64,000 nt of DNA from Lama guanicoe. Taxonomy: Eukaryota. The position numbers were made by a program, and so were the translations under genes. The DNA lies in the NCBI GenBank assembly GCA_013239625.1, contig MU056277.1, forward strand, positions 1,404,076-1,468,075, given 5' to 3'. The notes beneath the pieces are model-generated. The model made no database searches. It was not told where the DNA came from and was given only the letters and a program-made list of their open reading frames with translations. Every line of letters begins with the position of its first letter. The first letter of the stretch is position 1. Shown piece by piece: positions 63,081 to 64,000 of the stretch.

Positions 63081-64000
63081 AACGCTTGTTGAGGGGACCT
63101 GTGGCCATGGGCCAGAGCTCAGGTGTCGCGGCGAAGCTTCGGGGAAGGGAGTCTGGCTGAGGGCATCCCCTGCCGGCCCGGCAGCAGCCTGCGGCCCGGC
63201 TCTCACACCAGGTTCAGACTCCTGGTAAAAGCAGGTTTCCTCAATACTGTTTATTCTTATCATTTTGTTTTTCTTGTTTAAAATCTGTTTTATGCTCCTA
63301 AATCTTAATCCATTGATCCTAATGTTTTTTCACTTTGCACCCGGTGGGTTGCAGACTCTCACAGTCTCCCCTCTCCTCCATCTTTTGAGCTTTTTATCCC
63401 AATGGTTTGGGGATTCAGCTTTTATTTAAATCTCATCCACCATCTCTTATTTTCAGTATGACTTTCTTTCGGAGGCGCACACCCCAACTGGGGCTGCTGG
63501 CAAGGGCTCTGCAATCAGAAATTCAGACGCAAAGCTTCTCCACACGACATTCATGAAGACGTTTCCTTACATCTTCTGCTTGATGAGGGAAAAATCCTGC
63601 CCCACGAAGGCTTCTGAGTAACTGTTGCTGTGCATGACGTGAGGCAGGGAGCCTGCTTCTTGGCATCTTGGGGTCACCAGCGGTCCGTCCTTCCTCCCTC
63701 GTCCCCACGGCCGGCAGGGTTGGAAGCTGCGCTGCCTGGCGGCGGCGGGGTCCAGTGTCCGCCTGCTGGGCACCCCGCGTCCTGATTACCGCGCCTGCAC
63801 AGCAGGTCTCCATGTCTGCTCTGGGTCATCCTAATTAAGCTGTTCCTATGACAGTTGTAGAAATACGGGTTTTGACCGCTTCTAACGCAGAAGTAACCCT
63901 GCAGTCGTTCCACTGGACCTGGGTTAAATGTGCTAACGATTTGTTAGTCCTTCTGCGTTTGTGTATCTGCGTGGGTTTGTTCGTGTGTAGGTTGGCCTGG

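Overview
Mammalian genomic DNA, most likely camelid (alpaca/camel). The evidence for this is one tRNA-derived Vic-1-like SINE with a target-site duplication, artiodactyl-type Tigger1/Tigger2 deletion derivatives, and no Alu, B1/B2, Bov-tA, PRE-1 or CAN-SINE copies. The window is GC-rich and relatively CpG-rich, like a subtelomeric isochore, and appears non-coding (a large intron or intergenic region). I recognise no protein-coding exon; the only ORFs with real homology are decayed LINE-1 ORF2 fragments. Identifiable features are ancient repeats: L1 fragments (one apparently 5'-inverted by twin priming), L2, MIR, five MLT1 solo LTRs, MER58A/B, MER5A, Tigger1 and Tigger2. The most interesting signals are (i) patchy AT-to-GC rewriting of fossil transposons, consistent with GC-biased gene conversion, (ii) non-repetitive AT-rich islands full of homeodomain/FOX/MEF2/TCF motifs that may be conserved enhancers, and (iii) a T>A skew plus a few +strand exon-like segments. 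I found no convincing novel biological system. Repeat family names come from remembered consensus sequences, not a database search, and most boundaries are approximate.
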